NCBI RefSeq assembly: GCF_009914755.1
Contig: NC_060947.1
DNA length: 64,000 nt
Source: the human T2T-CHM13v2.0 reference genome, Homo sapiens
Reading direction: 5' to 3' (one strand)
Shown here: positions 26,465-50,249 of the stretch, piece after piece
How the letters are laid out: each line of letters starts with the position of its first letter
Numbering within the stretch: position 1 is the stretch's first letter
Program-made: the position numbers and the translations under genes
The notes under the pieces: generated by a model
What the model was told of the DNA's origin: nothing
Databases searched by the model: none
The model's input: the letters and a program-made list of their open reading frames with translations, nothing else

Positions 26465-27515
26465 AGTTGCAGGAAGTCAGGGACCCTGAATGAAGGGACT
26501 GGCTGAAGCCATGGCAGAAGAACATAAATTGTGAAGATTTCATGGACATTTATTAGTTCCCCAAATTAATACTTTTATAATTTCTTATGCCTGTCTTTAC
26601 TGCAATCTCTGAACTTAAATTGTGAAGATTTCATGGACATTCATCACTTCCCCAATCAATACTTTTGTGATTTCCTATGCCTGTCTTTACTTTCATCTCT
26701 TAATCCCATCATCTTCGTAAGCTGAGGATGTACGTCACCTCAGGACCCTGTGATGATTGCACATTGTTTAAACAATATGAAATCTGGGCACCTTGAAAAA
26801 AGAACAGGATAACAGCGATGTTCAGTGAACAAGGGAGATAACCATTAGGTCTGGCTGCCTGAGAGTCGGGTGGAACAGAGCCATATTTCTCTTCTTTCAA
26901 AAGCAAATAGGAGAAATATCGCTGAATTCTTTTTCTCAGCAAGGAACAGCCCTGAGAAAGAGAATGCGTTCCTAGGGGCAGGTCTCTGAAATGGCTGCTC
27001 TGGGAACATCTGTCTTTTACAGTTGTAGATAAGGGATGAAATAAGCCCTGGTCTCCCACAGCGCTCCCAGGCCTATTAGGAAGAGGAAATTCCCACCTAA
27101 TAAATTTTGGTCAGACCGGTTGCCTGCTCTTAAACCCTGTCTGCTGATAAGATGTTACCAACGACAATGTGTGCCCGAAACTTCATTAGCAATTTTAATT
27201 TCACCCCAGTCTTGTGATCTCGCCCTGCCTCCATTTGCCTTGTAGTATTTTATTAACTTGTGAAGCATGTGATCTCTGTGAACCACACCCTATTTGTACA
27301 CTCCCTCCCCTTTTGAAAATCACTAATAAAAACTTGCTGGTTTTGTGGCTTGCAGGGGCATCACGGAACCTGCTGACATGTGATGTCTCCCCCAGACACC
27401 CAGCTTTAAAATTTCTCTCTTTTGTACTCTTTCCCTTTATTTCTCAGACTGGCCGACACTTAGGGAAAATAGAAAAGGACCCACAAAGAACTATTGGGGG
27501 TGGGTTCCCCCAATA
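26465..27515 (+). mobile_element. MER11 solo LTR (HERV-K11/HML-8)
   Basis: GTTGCAGGAAGTCAGGGACCC...GGGTTCCCCCAATA; exact TSD CAACCC at 26459-26464 and 27516-27521; empty site near 1305. Confidence 0.88.
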
Positions 27516-27651
27516 CAACCCAGTCCTAAAATGCTACTCAAAGACTACAAGAGGTCTCATTCACTTCCCCCATAGTCTTTTGATTTGTTTGGCTGGTGGC
27601 CCCTAGGCTTGGGATCTTGGTTCAAAACCATTGTACAAACTAAATTTATTA

Positions 27652-27891
<240 letters not shown>

Positions 27892-28329
27892 TCAAGCAAC
27901 CTTGCTCACTGCACTGGCTGGATCACACCACTGCACTCCAGCCTGGGCGACAGAGCGAGACTCCGTCTCAGAAAACAAAAACAAAAACAAAAACTTAATA
28001 AATACAGTTAAGAAACTTTCTTAAAATGCAAAATCTCCATTTTTATAGACTGATTATTTAAAAGGTAAAGAAAAACAGATCAACATATTAAGAAAACCTA
28101 TTTCAAACTTAGAGAAGCAGACTCGCTCTGCTTCAGTGCACCCTTGACACTAATGTTCAATTTTTAGAAAAACTGATAAACAATTTCTTTTCAATCCCAA
28201 CCTATCTGATGATATATAAGACTCCCTCCCCAAGGTTCATCCTTCATAAACCCTCAGCAGCTTGCCTAGACACTCCATCATTTTTTTACCCCCAGTCTTA
28301 GCTGTATAAATTTTTATTTTTATATTGGA

Positions 28330-28429
28330 TTCCATTCCAAGTACTAACCAAGCCCAACCCTGTTTAACTCCTGTTTAACTTCTGAGATTAGACAAGATTT
28401 GGCGCATTCTGGGTGGTATGGCCATAGAC
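28330..28429 (-). pseudogene. 5S rRNA pseudogene, inverted paralogue of 411-500, with an internal 11-nt duplication
   Basis: Reverse complement begins GTCTATGGCCATACCACCCAGAATG; AGTTAAACAGG is repeated; same flanks as the copy at 411. Confidence 0.85.
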
Positions 28430-29009
28430 TATTTTTTATATTAAAACAACCAATCATTTTATTTTAGGATAAAAACGTATTGTCACTCAGACCACACAAA
28501 ATTTTGTCATATAAAAATTATTTTTTGTACATTTTGTATATAGAATTACATATACTAAGAACTTTTAATTTTTAGTAACCTTAATTTTTAGTAAAAACCT
28601 AGGAAGAAGTTTGGAATTGTTATATATTAACATCTCATGAATATATATTTTATAATCTTTAAAAATATTTTTATAGAACAATTCTCAGTGTGGAACAGGG
28701 CATTTTATTAACAGATTCGAATACTTTTTGTCTTTTATAAAACGTAAGGGTCAAGAACAAACTTGTATTTATGTTCAGCGATTTGTATCCCGTGTTTTCT
28801 TAGTTGGAAATGATCCCAGCATTTAGTGAGTACCTATTACCTAATCTAACATAACATAACTTTAATATTTCATCTTCATATGGTAAGAGCAAGAGAAAAA
28901 AATATTTCAAATTACATGAAAAGTTCACTTATAAACATGTATCTCACATTTACCTCATTTATTCATTTTAACAATTATACCTAGATTACATATGAAAACT
29001 GACATATTA

Positions 29010-29558
<549 letters not shown>

Positions 29559-30779
29559 TCATTGATATCTCCAAGGTGAGTCAGCTTCGGACCCCATTTC
29601 TGACACCACAAATATCAAAGTCAAAGACTATGGAGACGAGTCACTTTTTTAACTACAATATTAAGGATGTTATATTATGTTTGTTTTTGTTTTAAGACAG
29701 GGTATTGCTCTGTCGCCTACCCCGGAGTGCAGTGGCACAACCTCGCCTCACTGCAACCTCTACCTCCCCGACTCAGCCTCTGGAATAGCTGGGATTACAG
29801 GCATGCACCACATCCAGCTAACTTTTTGTATTTTTTGTAGAGACAGGGTTTCACCACATTTTCCAGACTGGTCACGAACCCCTGGGCTGAAGCGATCCGC
29901 CGGCCTTAGCCTCCCAAACGGCTGGGATTACAGGTGTGAGCCACCATGCCTGGCCATGAATCTCTAAACATTTTATTTGAGAATCATAGAATTGTAATCT
30001 GAGGCATACACCCAAACTGGCTGGTCTTTGATTTGTCCAAAGAACAAGGAGAAAGTTGAGAGTTTTATTAGAAACAGAAATGTTACCTATATTTTTCAAA
30101 GCAAGTCCATTGGCACCAGAGAAGCTTTCAGGAGCTGGAAGCTCTGATTGGTGAGTGCAGACAATAGGTAAAATAAGCCTTAGAGTCATTGCAGGTTGTT
30201 TCAGCAGTTACTAGGTAAAAGTGGTCTTAGGGTGGCAGCAGGCCATTTCAGCCACCAGCCTTGTGGAAAATTCAATTATTGGGGCAGGTGCAATGTGCCC
30301 TGAGTGCTTTTTCTCCTGGCCACTCAACTCTGACATAGTTGCGGATGTCGAAAATGACTCAATTTGGGTGGGTTGTGGTGGAGCACACCTGTAATCCCAG
30401 CACTTTGGGAGGCCAAAGCGGACAGTTGGCTTGAGGTCAGGAGTTCGAGACCAGCCTGGTCAACATGGCAAAACCCTTACTCTAGTAAAAATACAAAATT
30501 AGTCGGGTGTGGTGGCACATGGCTGTAGTCCCACCTACTCGGGAGGCTGAGGCAGGAGAATAGTTTCAATCCAGGAAGCTGAGGTTTCAGTGAGCTGAGA
30601 TCATGCACTGCACTCCAGCCTAGGTGACACAGGGAAAAAAAAAAAAGAAAAAAAGAATGACTCAAGTCACATAATCAGCTTTCACAATGGTTAAAGCAGA
30701 GTCCTGCTTAGCAATGCACAAAAATTCTCCTTTGTGATCCATTCATTTTACTGCTGTTGACTTTCTTGCTTATGCTTTC

Positions 30780-31528
<749 letters not shown>

Positions 31529-32917
31529 TTCCCTGTGTCTTCAGTCTCCTGAAGTGTTATATGCCTGACATTTCCTTACTCCACCTGATATAAAAAAATC
31601 CTTTCTTTTGCTGGGTGCAGTGGCTTACCCTTACAATCCCAGCACATTGGGAGGCCAAAGCAGGCAGATCACTTCAGGTCAGGAGTTCCAGATCTGCCTG
31701 GCCAACATGGCAAAACCCCATCTCTACTAGAAGTACAAAAATTAGCCGGGTGTGGTACCGTGTGCCTGAAGCCCCAGCTACTCAGGTGGCTGAGGAGGAG
31801 AATCGCTTGAAACTGGGTGGCAGAAGTTGCAGTGAGCCGAGATCATGCCACTGCACTCCAGCCTGAGTAACAAAGCGAGACTCTGTCTCAAAAAAAAAGA
31901 AAAAATATTCCTTTCGTTCAACACTTTGGAGTTATTACACCATTGTATCCTTGCCTCCAGTGTGGTGTTTGAGAGATCCGATAAAGGTTTAAATATTTTT
32001 CCTTTTCATGTAACGTGCTATTTCTCTCTGATCATTTTAAAAATATTTTTTCTTTGTCTTTCACAATTTTTCATTTCACTGCTCCCGTTTGTGTGTATGT
32101 GTGTGTGTATGATGATCCCTTTAAATCTTAAGGCATTCATCTAAATCTGAGAAATTCTCATTCGTTACTTTTTTACGTACACTCTCCTTTTTAATGACTA
32201 TATTCTCTTCTTATAAGGCTACTATTAGATGTGTTTTGACATTTATTCTACTATCCTCCCTATTAATTAACTTTTTTTCATTTACTTTATCTCTATCCAT
32301 TACCAATTACTTTTATGAATTCTATACGCTCATTTCCTCAGCTCAGTAATTGCTTTTTCAACTATATCTGTTTTAATACCCAACCTATTCCACTGAATTA
32401 TTTATTTGAGCAGTTAATGTCTTCATATCCTATCTATCCAATAGGTTTTCTTTTTATTTATTTATTTGAGACAGAGTCCTGCTCTTTCGCCCAGGCTGGA
32501 GTGCAGTGACTCGATCTTGGCTCACTGCAGCTCTGCCTCCTAAGTCCAATCAATTCTACTGCCTCAGCCCCTTGAGTAGCTGGGACCACAGGCATGTGAC
32601 ACTTTGCCAGGCCAATTTTTGTATTTTTAGTAGAGACGGGGTTTCACCATGTTGGCCAGGCTGGTCTTGAACTCCTGACCTCATGTGAGCTGCCCGCCTC
32701 AGCCTCTCAAAGTGCTGGGATTACAGGTTTGAGCCACAGTGCCCAGCCATTTTTTTTAAAGCCAGTTTCACTATTGTTGCCCAGGGTGAAGTAGAATAGT
32801 GTGATCTCACCTCACTGCAACCTCTGCCTCCCAGGTTCAAGTGATTCTCCTGCCCCAGCCTCCTGAGTAGCTGGGGTTACAGGCGTGCACCACCACACTG
32901 GGCTAATTTTTGTTTTT

Positions 32918-36556
<3,639 letters not shown>

Positions 36557-37322
36557 CCTCACCTCACCTTTTGTATCTTCTCTGGTATTTGAGCATCATC
36601 CCCAGCTCTCTTTGCACAGTTGTTGTCTCCGTTCATGGCACCGGGAGTACTCTGACCTGCAAGTGAAACAGATTGAGACTTTCCAGCCGCAGGACCTTTG
36701 GTCTTGTGGAGGGAGAAATCAGTGAAGGCCGGCTACACTCAGTCACCTGGAATCAGGTGCTGCATTTCTCCATCCGGGGCTTATCTGTCCCTGAGTAAGG
36801 ATATGGGGAGAAATCAGATGAAAACAGGGAACCAGGGATCTCTGGGAGAAGTATTGATAGGGGATAACAGGTTTCCTATGGGCAAAGCAGCCTTGAGTCT
36901 TTGGGAGGGGGTTGGCTACTCTTGTTAGTAGTTTCCCTGGAGCTAGGCTTACCCTGAAAGATGTACAGACCCTTGTTGGGGAGGCAGGGACATGACTATG
37001 TAATTGTATTGAGTGAGGGCATTCTGACACCCTCACTCAATAAAAAAAGGAAGGGAAGTGAGTCCCAGAGATAACATGGTCTCTCCGGTGATGGATCTGA
37101 TCAGGCAGAGGGTTGGGGGATTCTGCTCTGTTGAAGAGAAATGTGCATGGCTACTGTGAACGGATTTAGAGGCTATTACTGGATGATTTGTAAATCATTA
37201 GAAGGAAGTGAGCTAGAATTTCTGAGACTACAAGAGTCCATCAACACTTAGAGAGAATATGGGGCGTTTCAAGATGCAGCAATCAGCCAGGAGCGGTGGT
37301 TCACGCCTGTAATCCCAGCACA
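36557..37322 (-). pseudogene. Orphan SSX fragment: end of intron 1 + exon 2 (36656-36568; MNGDNNCAKRAGDDAQIPEKIQK)
   Basis: Reverse complement of SSX1 about 49570-50328; ATG at 36636, intact AG and GTGAGG donor; broken about 10 nt into intron 2. Confidence 0.9.
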
Positions 37323-37639
37323 TTGGCCAATCCTCCTGCCTCAATCTTGGGACTACAGTACAGGCGTGCACCACCCAGCCCCCACTAATATTTTTATTTT
37401 TGTTTTTTTAGTAGAGACGGTTTTGCTATGTTGACCAAGTTGGTCTTGACCTCTTGGGCTCAAGCGATACTCCCGCCTCAGCTTCGGGACTACAGGCAGG
37501 CACCACCCTGCCTTTTGCTATTTTTCCCAGGCTGGTCTTGACCTCCTGGGCTCACTCAATGATTTGAACCCGGGAAGCAGAGGTTGCATTGAGCTGACAT
37601 CACACCACTGCACTCCAGCTTGGTAGACAGAGCAAGATT

Positions 37640-37713
37640 GTCAAATAAATAGATAAATAAAAAGAAAGAAAGAAAGTAAGAAAGAAAGAAAGAAAGAAAG
37701 AAAAGAAAGAAAG

Positions 37714-37768
<55 letters not shown>

Positions 37769-37795
37769 GAAAGGAAGGAAGAAAGAGAGAGAAAG
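37640..37795. repeat. (GAAA)n polypurine microsatellite in an Alu tail
   Basis: Directly visible. Confidence 0.95.
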
Positions 37796-37840
37796 ACCAG
37801 CTGACTCTCCATAAGAACAGTAAGCTTTTTGGTATTTTAA

Positions 37841-39000
<1,160 letters not shown>

Positions 39001-39109
39001 AGAACATGGCGAGGTGCAGTGGTTCATGCGTGTAATCCCAGCATTTTGGGAGGGCGAGGTGGGCAGATCACTTGAGGTCAGGAGTTTGAGACCAGCCTGG
39101 CCAAAACAG

Positions 39110-42752
<3,643 letters not shown>

Positions 42753-43543
42753 AGGGTTTGGTGGTGGGTGCCTGAAATCCCAGCTATTTGGGAGTTCAGA
42801 ACAGTTCCCAGTAACAAAACCCTTGATGGTTTGGCCCCACTGGGGAATGAGATGTCTTCGAATGGGAAAAGGTCAGAGGCCACAGATGGAGCATCAGCCC
42901 AGGTGGAGCTTTCTAAGTTGCATTCTTGTTTTCTCCTTGTTTTCTGGATGGCTTATTACCTGTTCTGTAAACATATAGAGCAGACACTTGGCAGGGCTGG
43001 CCCAGTGGCAGCCAAAAGTGGCGTGATAACATTAAGGAATAGGGGGCTTGGAAATCTAGAAAAAGTGCAGACTCATCAAAGCTGCCCAGTAACTGAGCAG
43101 TCCTTTCCTACCTCTTCCTCTGCCCTCTGAGCTAGGCAATTACAACCAATATCACCCACCCATAGACTCCCTCCACTCTGTAAGGCAGAAATCCTGTAAG
43201 CGTCTCTGGGGGCTAATAGGCTAGGAACTGAAAAGAATTGGCTCAGCTCAGCTCCAGAGGCTCTGTATCCTATGACCTATCAATCCAGAAACCCTGAAAC
43301 TCATATGGAGTGTCTGGGCTGACACATCTTCCCAGGAACAAAGAGTTATATAGAAAAACTATCAGATAGGCCTGGTGCGGTGGCTCACGCCTGTAATCCC
43401 AGTACTTTGGAAGGCCGAGGTGGGACGATCACCTGAGGTCAGGAGTTTGAGACCAGCCTGGCCAACATGGCGAAACCCCATCTCTACTAAAAATACAAAA
43501 TTAGCTGTGCGTGGTGGTGCACACCTGTAAGCCCAGCTACTCA

Positions 43544-44344
<801 letters not shown>

Positions 44345-44345
<1 letters not shown>

Positions 44346-46575
44346 GTAAAATGTTAGAGGAAAAGGATAAACTGAGGAAAGGACTGTTAAACAAAAAGGA
44401 TCCAGGGAAATTCTAAGCCTATCAAGATTGCAAAAGACACTAAAATTAGGAGAGGCACTGTCAGGAAGGTATCCTCTAGAGAGAAAGTCAAGAATGTGGC
44501 CATGTTTGCTAGTGCTGAAGAGATTAGGCACGTGACTCAAGGAGCTCTTCCACTATGCTCAGCCATAGCCAGTCTAGAAATGATATTATCTGGGAAGATA
44601 CACATAGGACCTGCTGGTCTAAAGGTGTGAATCACTATGACATACATTCTGAGAGGAGGGCGATGGGAGAGGGGAGAGCTTCAAGCTACAGAGGATTATT
44701 CTGAGTCCTTGAAACCAAATGGAATTTGTCCTGCTAGATTTCAAAATGGTTGGAAGTGGCAACTCCTTCCTTCCATTTTCTCCCATTTGAAATAGAAATA
44801 TCTGTAACTATTATCCTACATCTGTCTCGCCACTTTATTTTTGGAATAAATAACTTGCTTTCTAGTGTCACAAATTCACGGCAGGAGAATTTTGCCCCAG
44901 GATGTTTCATAACCAGAGTCTCATCCATATCTGTTTTAGATGAGGAGATTTGGTACTTTTGAGCTGATCTTATATGGATAAGATGTTGGACTTCAGCTAA
45001 TGTTGCACGGTTTGAGACATTTGAGGATTTGGGGATGGGGTGCATGTATTTTGCATGTGGGAGAGATGTGAATACTTGGGGGCCAGAGGGCAGGCTGTGG
45101 TAGACTGAACAACGCCCCTCCAAAAGATAGCAACATAGTAACACCTGGAACCTGTGAGTGTTAGCTTACAACAAAAAAAGTAATTATGTTGGCCAGGTGT
45201 GGTGGCTCACGCCTATAATCCCAGCACTTTGGGAGGCCGAGGCGGGTGGGTCACGAGGTCAGGAGTTCAAGACCAGCCTGGCCAAGATGGTGAAACCCCG
45301 TCTCTGCTAAAAAAAATATAAAAATTAGCTGGGTATGGTGGCGGGCACCTGTAATCCCAGCTATGCAGGAGCCTGAGGCAAAGAATTGCTTGAACCCGGG
45401 AGGCAGAAGTTGCAGTGAGCCAAGATCATGCCACTGTACTCTCGCCTGGTCAACAGAGTGAGACTCCGTCTCGAAAAAAAAAAAGTAATTATGTTAAAGC
45501 TCTTGAGATGGGGAGATTCTCCTGGATTGTCTGGATTATCTGGGTGGGCCCTAAATGTAATAATGAGTGTCCTTATCAGATTAAGGCAGGGAGATCTGAC
45601 ACAGACAGAAGAGAAGAAGGCAGTAAGCCTGCCATGGTTTGAACGTCCCCACCAAAACTTGTGTTGAAATTTAATTGCCATTGTTAACAATATTAAGAGG
45701 TGGGGCTGTTAGGAAGTGATTAATGCCATTATCATAAGAGTGGATTAGTTATCACGAGATTGGGTTTGTTATAAAAGGGAGCTTAGTCACATTTTCTCTG
45801 TCTGTCTCCTGCACTTGCTTTTGCCTTTCATCCTTCCATCATGACACAACCCTCACCAGATGCCAGCGCCATGTTCTTGGACTCCTAGCCTCTAGAACTG
45901 TATACCAAATGAACTTCTATCCTTTATAAATTACCCAGTTTGTGGTATTCCATTATAGTAACAGAAAACAAACGAAGGCAATGACCATGGAGGTAGAGAT
46001 TAGAGTGATGCAGCCATATATTAGTCCCTTCTCACACTGCTATAAAGAGCTGCCCGAGACTGGGTAATTTATAAAAGAAAGAGATTTAACTGACTCACAG
46101 TTCTGCATGGCTGGGGAGGCCTCAGGAAACAATCATGGCCAAAGGTGAAGAGGAAGCAAAGACTTTCTTCGCATGGTAGCAGGAGACAGAAATGCAAGCA
46201 GGGGAAATGCCAGACGCTTGTAAAACCATCAGACCTCATGAGAACTCACTGTCACAAAAACAGCATGGGGAAAACCACCCCCGTGGGGATTTGTAATCTG
46301 TGGGGATTACAATTCGAGATGAGATTTGGGTGGGGACACAGAGCCAATCCATATCAAGCCACAAGCCAAGAAATGCTGGCAATCACGGGAAGCTGGAAGA
46401 GGCAAGGAACAGGTTCTCTCCTAGAGCCTCTGGAGGACTACAGCCCTGCTGACAACTTGATTTCAACTCAGTGAAACTGATTTCAGATTTCTGGGCTCCA
46501 GAATTGTGAGAGAATAAATTGATGTTGTTTATGCCACAAAGTTTGCGGTAATTTGTTACAGCAGTCAGAGGGAAT
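44345..46575 (+). mobile_element. MaLR nest: MLT1 internal 3' end + MLT1D-like LTR (from ~45096) interrupted by an Alu and two MST/THE1-type LTRs
   Basis: GGGGCCAGAGGGCAGGC-TGTGGTAGACTGAA junction; ...GTGAGAGAATAAATT...TAATTTGTTACAGCAG end; MST motifs at about 45630-45980 and 46015-46350. Confidence 0.7.
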
Positions 46576-48059
46576 ATGGGGTGATTGTAAGGAGTTATGT
46601 AAATTATGTTAAAGAACCTTTGCAGTTGTAAGATGCATTCATTCATTCAACAAGTAGTCGAGGCAATATAGAAGAGTAATTAAAAGCACCGACTTTGAGG
46701 CCGGGCGTGGGATGGTTCACTCCTGTAATCCCAGTGCTTTGGGAAGCCAAGGCAGGAGGATTGCTTGAGGCCAGCAGTTCCTTCCAGATCAGCAGGGACA
46801 ACATAGCAAGACCCCATCTCTAAAAAAAAATTATTTTAATTAAAAATAAATAAATACATAAATAAAAGCACAGACTTTGGACTCAATTCTATCTTGGGGG
46901 TGAATCCCAGCTCTGTCACCCACTGACTATGTGACTTTGAGCAGACTGCTTAATTCTCTTGAGCCTCAGTCTCAACATCTGCATACTGGGGATGATAATA
47001 GTATTTAACTCCAGAGAAGGTTGTGAAAATTAATGGGAAGATGCACATAAAAGGCTTTGTGCTGGGCTCAAGGGCCATTGCTCTGTTCCTGCCCTAAGAG
47101 AGCTTGCTGTAATCCTGGGAGGATCTTAGAGAGATCAGGGCTGTAGGTGGAAAGCCCAGAGAGGAATGGGGACTTGTTGGAGGTACTAGGGATGGGGGTA
47201 GGGGAAACTTCTTAGACAAATTGACTTATGAGCTCCCTGATGAACACAGTGGGCCCTAATTACATACTCTTTTTAATACTATTATTATAAATATTATTAA
47301 TATCAATGGGTAAAATATATTTCTGCTTCTTTGGTCTTTTAGAAAAAAACATATATGGAAGTGTAGAAGTGTTTTTTTTTTGTTTAAATTTCTTTTTTAA
47401 AAATTTTTTATAGAGATGGGGGTCTCACTATGTATCCCAGATTGTTCTGGAACTCCTGGCCTCAAGTGATCCTTCCACCTCCTGCCTCAGCCTCTCAAAG
47501 TGTTGGGATTACAGGCATGAGCCACTGGGACTGGCTCATTGAAATTTTTCTTTCTTTCTCTTTCTCTCTCTCTCTCTTTTTAAAGACAAGATCTCGCTCT
47601 GTGGCCCAGGTAGGCAGGAGTAGCCAGATCATGGCTCACTGCAACCTCGTACTCCTGGGCTCAAGCTATCCTCCTACCTCAGCCTCCTGAGTAACGGACT
47701 ACAGGCACACCACCCCACCTCGCTAATTTTATTTATTTTTTTTGTAGAGAAAAGAGACAGGGTATTGCTCTGTTGCCCAGGGTGGGGTGCAGTGGCATGA
47801 TCATGGCTCACTGCAACCTCTGCCTCCCAGGTTCAAGTGATCCTCCAGCTGTGGCCTCCCTAAGTGCTGGGATTACAACCGTGAGCCGCCGCACCGGCCC
47901 AAATTTCTTACGTCACTACAGAGTTCCTAGGAAAAAATCCCATACCTGAAAAAGATAGAAACTGACAGGAAGGATTTGAGATGATGACCTGCTTCATATA
48001 CACTCCTTATTAAAACTGGATAACAATGCACCACCGAGGAGGTGGGGAGGGATAGGAAA

Positions 48060-48370
48060 AATGAAAAGAGAAAATCAGCGCATGCGTACTCTGATTTGGG
48101 AAGACTCCAAAGAGAAAATCAGAGCATGCGTACTCTGAACTTGGAGTAGCCAATCCCAGGGGATGCTTTAGGCGGGAAAGTCAGAGTTTCTGCCTCCATT
48201 TTGAGAAGGTTCTGTCCCTAGAGCCTAGACTGATAGACCCCACATCAGCTTGGCTTGTCCCGCCTACTGTTCTGACTTCTGATTGGCCAGATGGAGTTCA
48301 CTAACTGCCCTGATTGGTCCATCATCCTGGAGCAATGACATTGCAGAATATTTTCTCCTCCTCCAGCCAC
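48060..48370 (+). promoter_or_regulatory. SSX1 proximal promoter (TATA-less; NRF1-like, E2F-like and CCAAT motifs)
   Basis: GCGCATGCGT at 48078-48087 in a duplicated 30-mer (48065-48094, 48109-48138); CCAAT 48150-48154; GGCGGGAA 48171-48178; ATTGG 48282-48286 and 48313-48317. Binding is inferred from motifs only. Confidence 0.65.
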
Positions 48371-48440
48371 ACTTTGTCACCAACTGCTGCCAACTCGCCA
48401 CCACTGCTGCCGACCTCGCAACCACTGCTTTGTCTCTGAA
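48370..48440 (+). other. SSX1: SSX1 exon 1 (non-coding 5' UTR; imperfect ~21-nt CCACTGCTGCC repeats)
   Basis: Ends ...TGTCTCTGAA with donor GTAGGT at 48441; matches the remembered SSX1 mRNA leader; start approximate. Confidence 0.8.
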
Positions 48441-48589
48441 GTAGGTTCTCTTTAAGGGACACCCTAGATGGGCTAATCGGGGCAGATAGAAAAGGAGGAA
48501 GCCTCTGTAGGGCCGTCAAGTGCTTGGGGTTCCGAAAATCTTGAGGACTGAAAGACAACTAATGCCTTTCAGGACGATCATCATGGAGG

Positions 48590-49608
48590 ATCCTCCCGCC
48601 TCGGCCTTGGGTCTACAGGCCTGTATTATCCCACCCCTGTTTTTTTTTTTTTTTTTTTAGTAGAGACGGGGATTTGTTATGTTGACCAGGCTGGCCTCAA
48701 CCGCCTGGGCTCAAGCAATCCTCCCGCCTTGGCCTCGGGACTACAGGCACGAACCACCCCACCCTCACTAATTTTTTTTATTTTTTATTTTTTTAGTACA
48801 GACGGTTTTGCTATGTTGGCCAGGCTGGCCTCTGCCGCCTGGGCTTAAGCAATCCTTCCGCCTCGGCCCTGGGACTACAGAAGTGCACCATCCTGCCCAT
48901 GCTTTTTTTTTTTTTTTTTTTAGTAGAAACCAGGTTTCACTATGTTGGCCAGGCTGGCCTCAACCTCCTGGGCTCAAGCGATCCTCACACCTTGGCCTCA
49001 GGACTACAGATGTGTGCCATTCCGCCCCTGCTAGTTTTGTTGTTGTTGTTCTTTTTAGTAGAGACAGGGTTTCCTTATGTTGGCCGAACTGGGCTTGACC
49101 TCCTCGGCTCAAGTGATCCTCCCACCTCGGCCTCGGAACTACAGGCAAGAACCACCTCGCTGATGTTATTATTTTTGTTGTTATTATTAGTAGTAGAAAT
49201 GGGGTTTTGCTATGTTGGCCAGGCTGGCCTCAACCTCCTGGGCTCAAGAGATCCTCTTGCCTCGGCCTCGGAACTACAGGCGAGCACCACCCCGCCCCCA
49301 CTAATACTTTTTATTTTATTTTATTTTTTTTAGTAGAGGGTTTTTCTAGGTTGGCTAGGCTGGTATCAACCTCGTGGGCTCAAGCGATCCGCCCCCCCTT
49401 GGCCAAAGAGCTGAGATGTTATAGGCCTGTGCCACCGCCCCCAGCTAATTTTTTGTGTGGTTGTTTTTTTTTTTTTTTTTTTTTTTTTGTAGAGATGAGG
49501 GGTTTGCTATGTTTCCCAGGCTGGTCTCAACCTCCTGGGCTCAAGAGATCTGCACGCCTCGGCCTCCCAAAATGCTGGGATTACAGGCATGAGCCACTGC
49601 GCCTGGCC
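48590..49608 (-). repeat. Tandem array of ~135-bp Alu-derived monomers in SSX1 intron 1
   Basis: Units start near 48659, 48795, 48921, 49056, 49190, 49331 and 49489, plus a partial unit; most share the GCCTC^GG(G/A)ACTACAG deletion. Confidence 0.85.
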
Positions 49609-50249
49609 GATTGCTGCAAATTGAAACACCCCACATTTTCTCTAAGTGATGGCAGGCTCTTGTAATCTCAGAGATTCTAGCTCTCTTCCTTCTAATAATT
49701 TACAAATAACCCAGTAATAGCTTCTAAATCTGTTCATATTAGTGAAGGTCATTTCTCTTCAACAGAACAGAACCCCCCCATCCCTCTGCCTGATCAGATC
49801 CATCACCAGAAAGACCACGTTATGTCTGGGACTCACTTCCCTCCCTTTATTTATTGAGTGGGGGTGTCAGAACGCCCCCATTCAATAAAATTACACAGTC
49901 ACGTCCCTGCCTCCCCAGCAAGGGTCTGTACATCTTTCAGGGTAAGCCTAGCCCCAGGGAAACTACTAACAACACTAGCCAACCCCCTCCCAAAGACTCA
50001 AGGCTGCTAGGAAACCTGTCATCCCCAAGCAATACTTCTCCCAGAGACTCCAGGCTCCCTGTTTTCATCTGACTTCTCTCCATGTCCTTACCCATGGACA
50101 GGTAAGCCCCGAATGGAGAAATGCAACCCCTAATTCCAGGTGACTGAGTGTGGCCGGGCTTCACTGATTTCTCCCTCCATAGGACCAAGGGTCCTGTAGC
50201 TAGAAAGTCTCAGGCTGTTTCTCTTGCAGGTGAGACTGCTCCTGGTGCC

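Noticed and set aside
48590-49608. Regularly spaced repeat with variable spacers resembling a CRISPR array
   Set aside because: Eukaryotic context, Alu-derived units and T-rich linkers as spacers; no cas genes.
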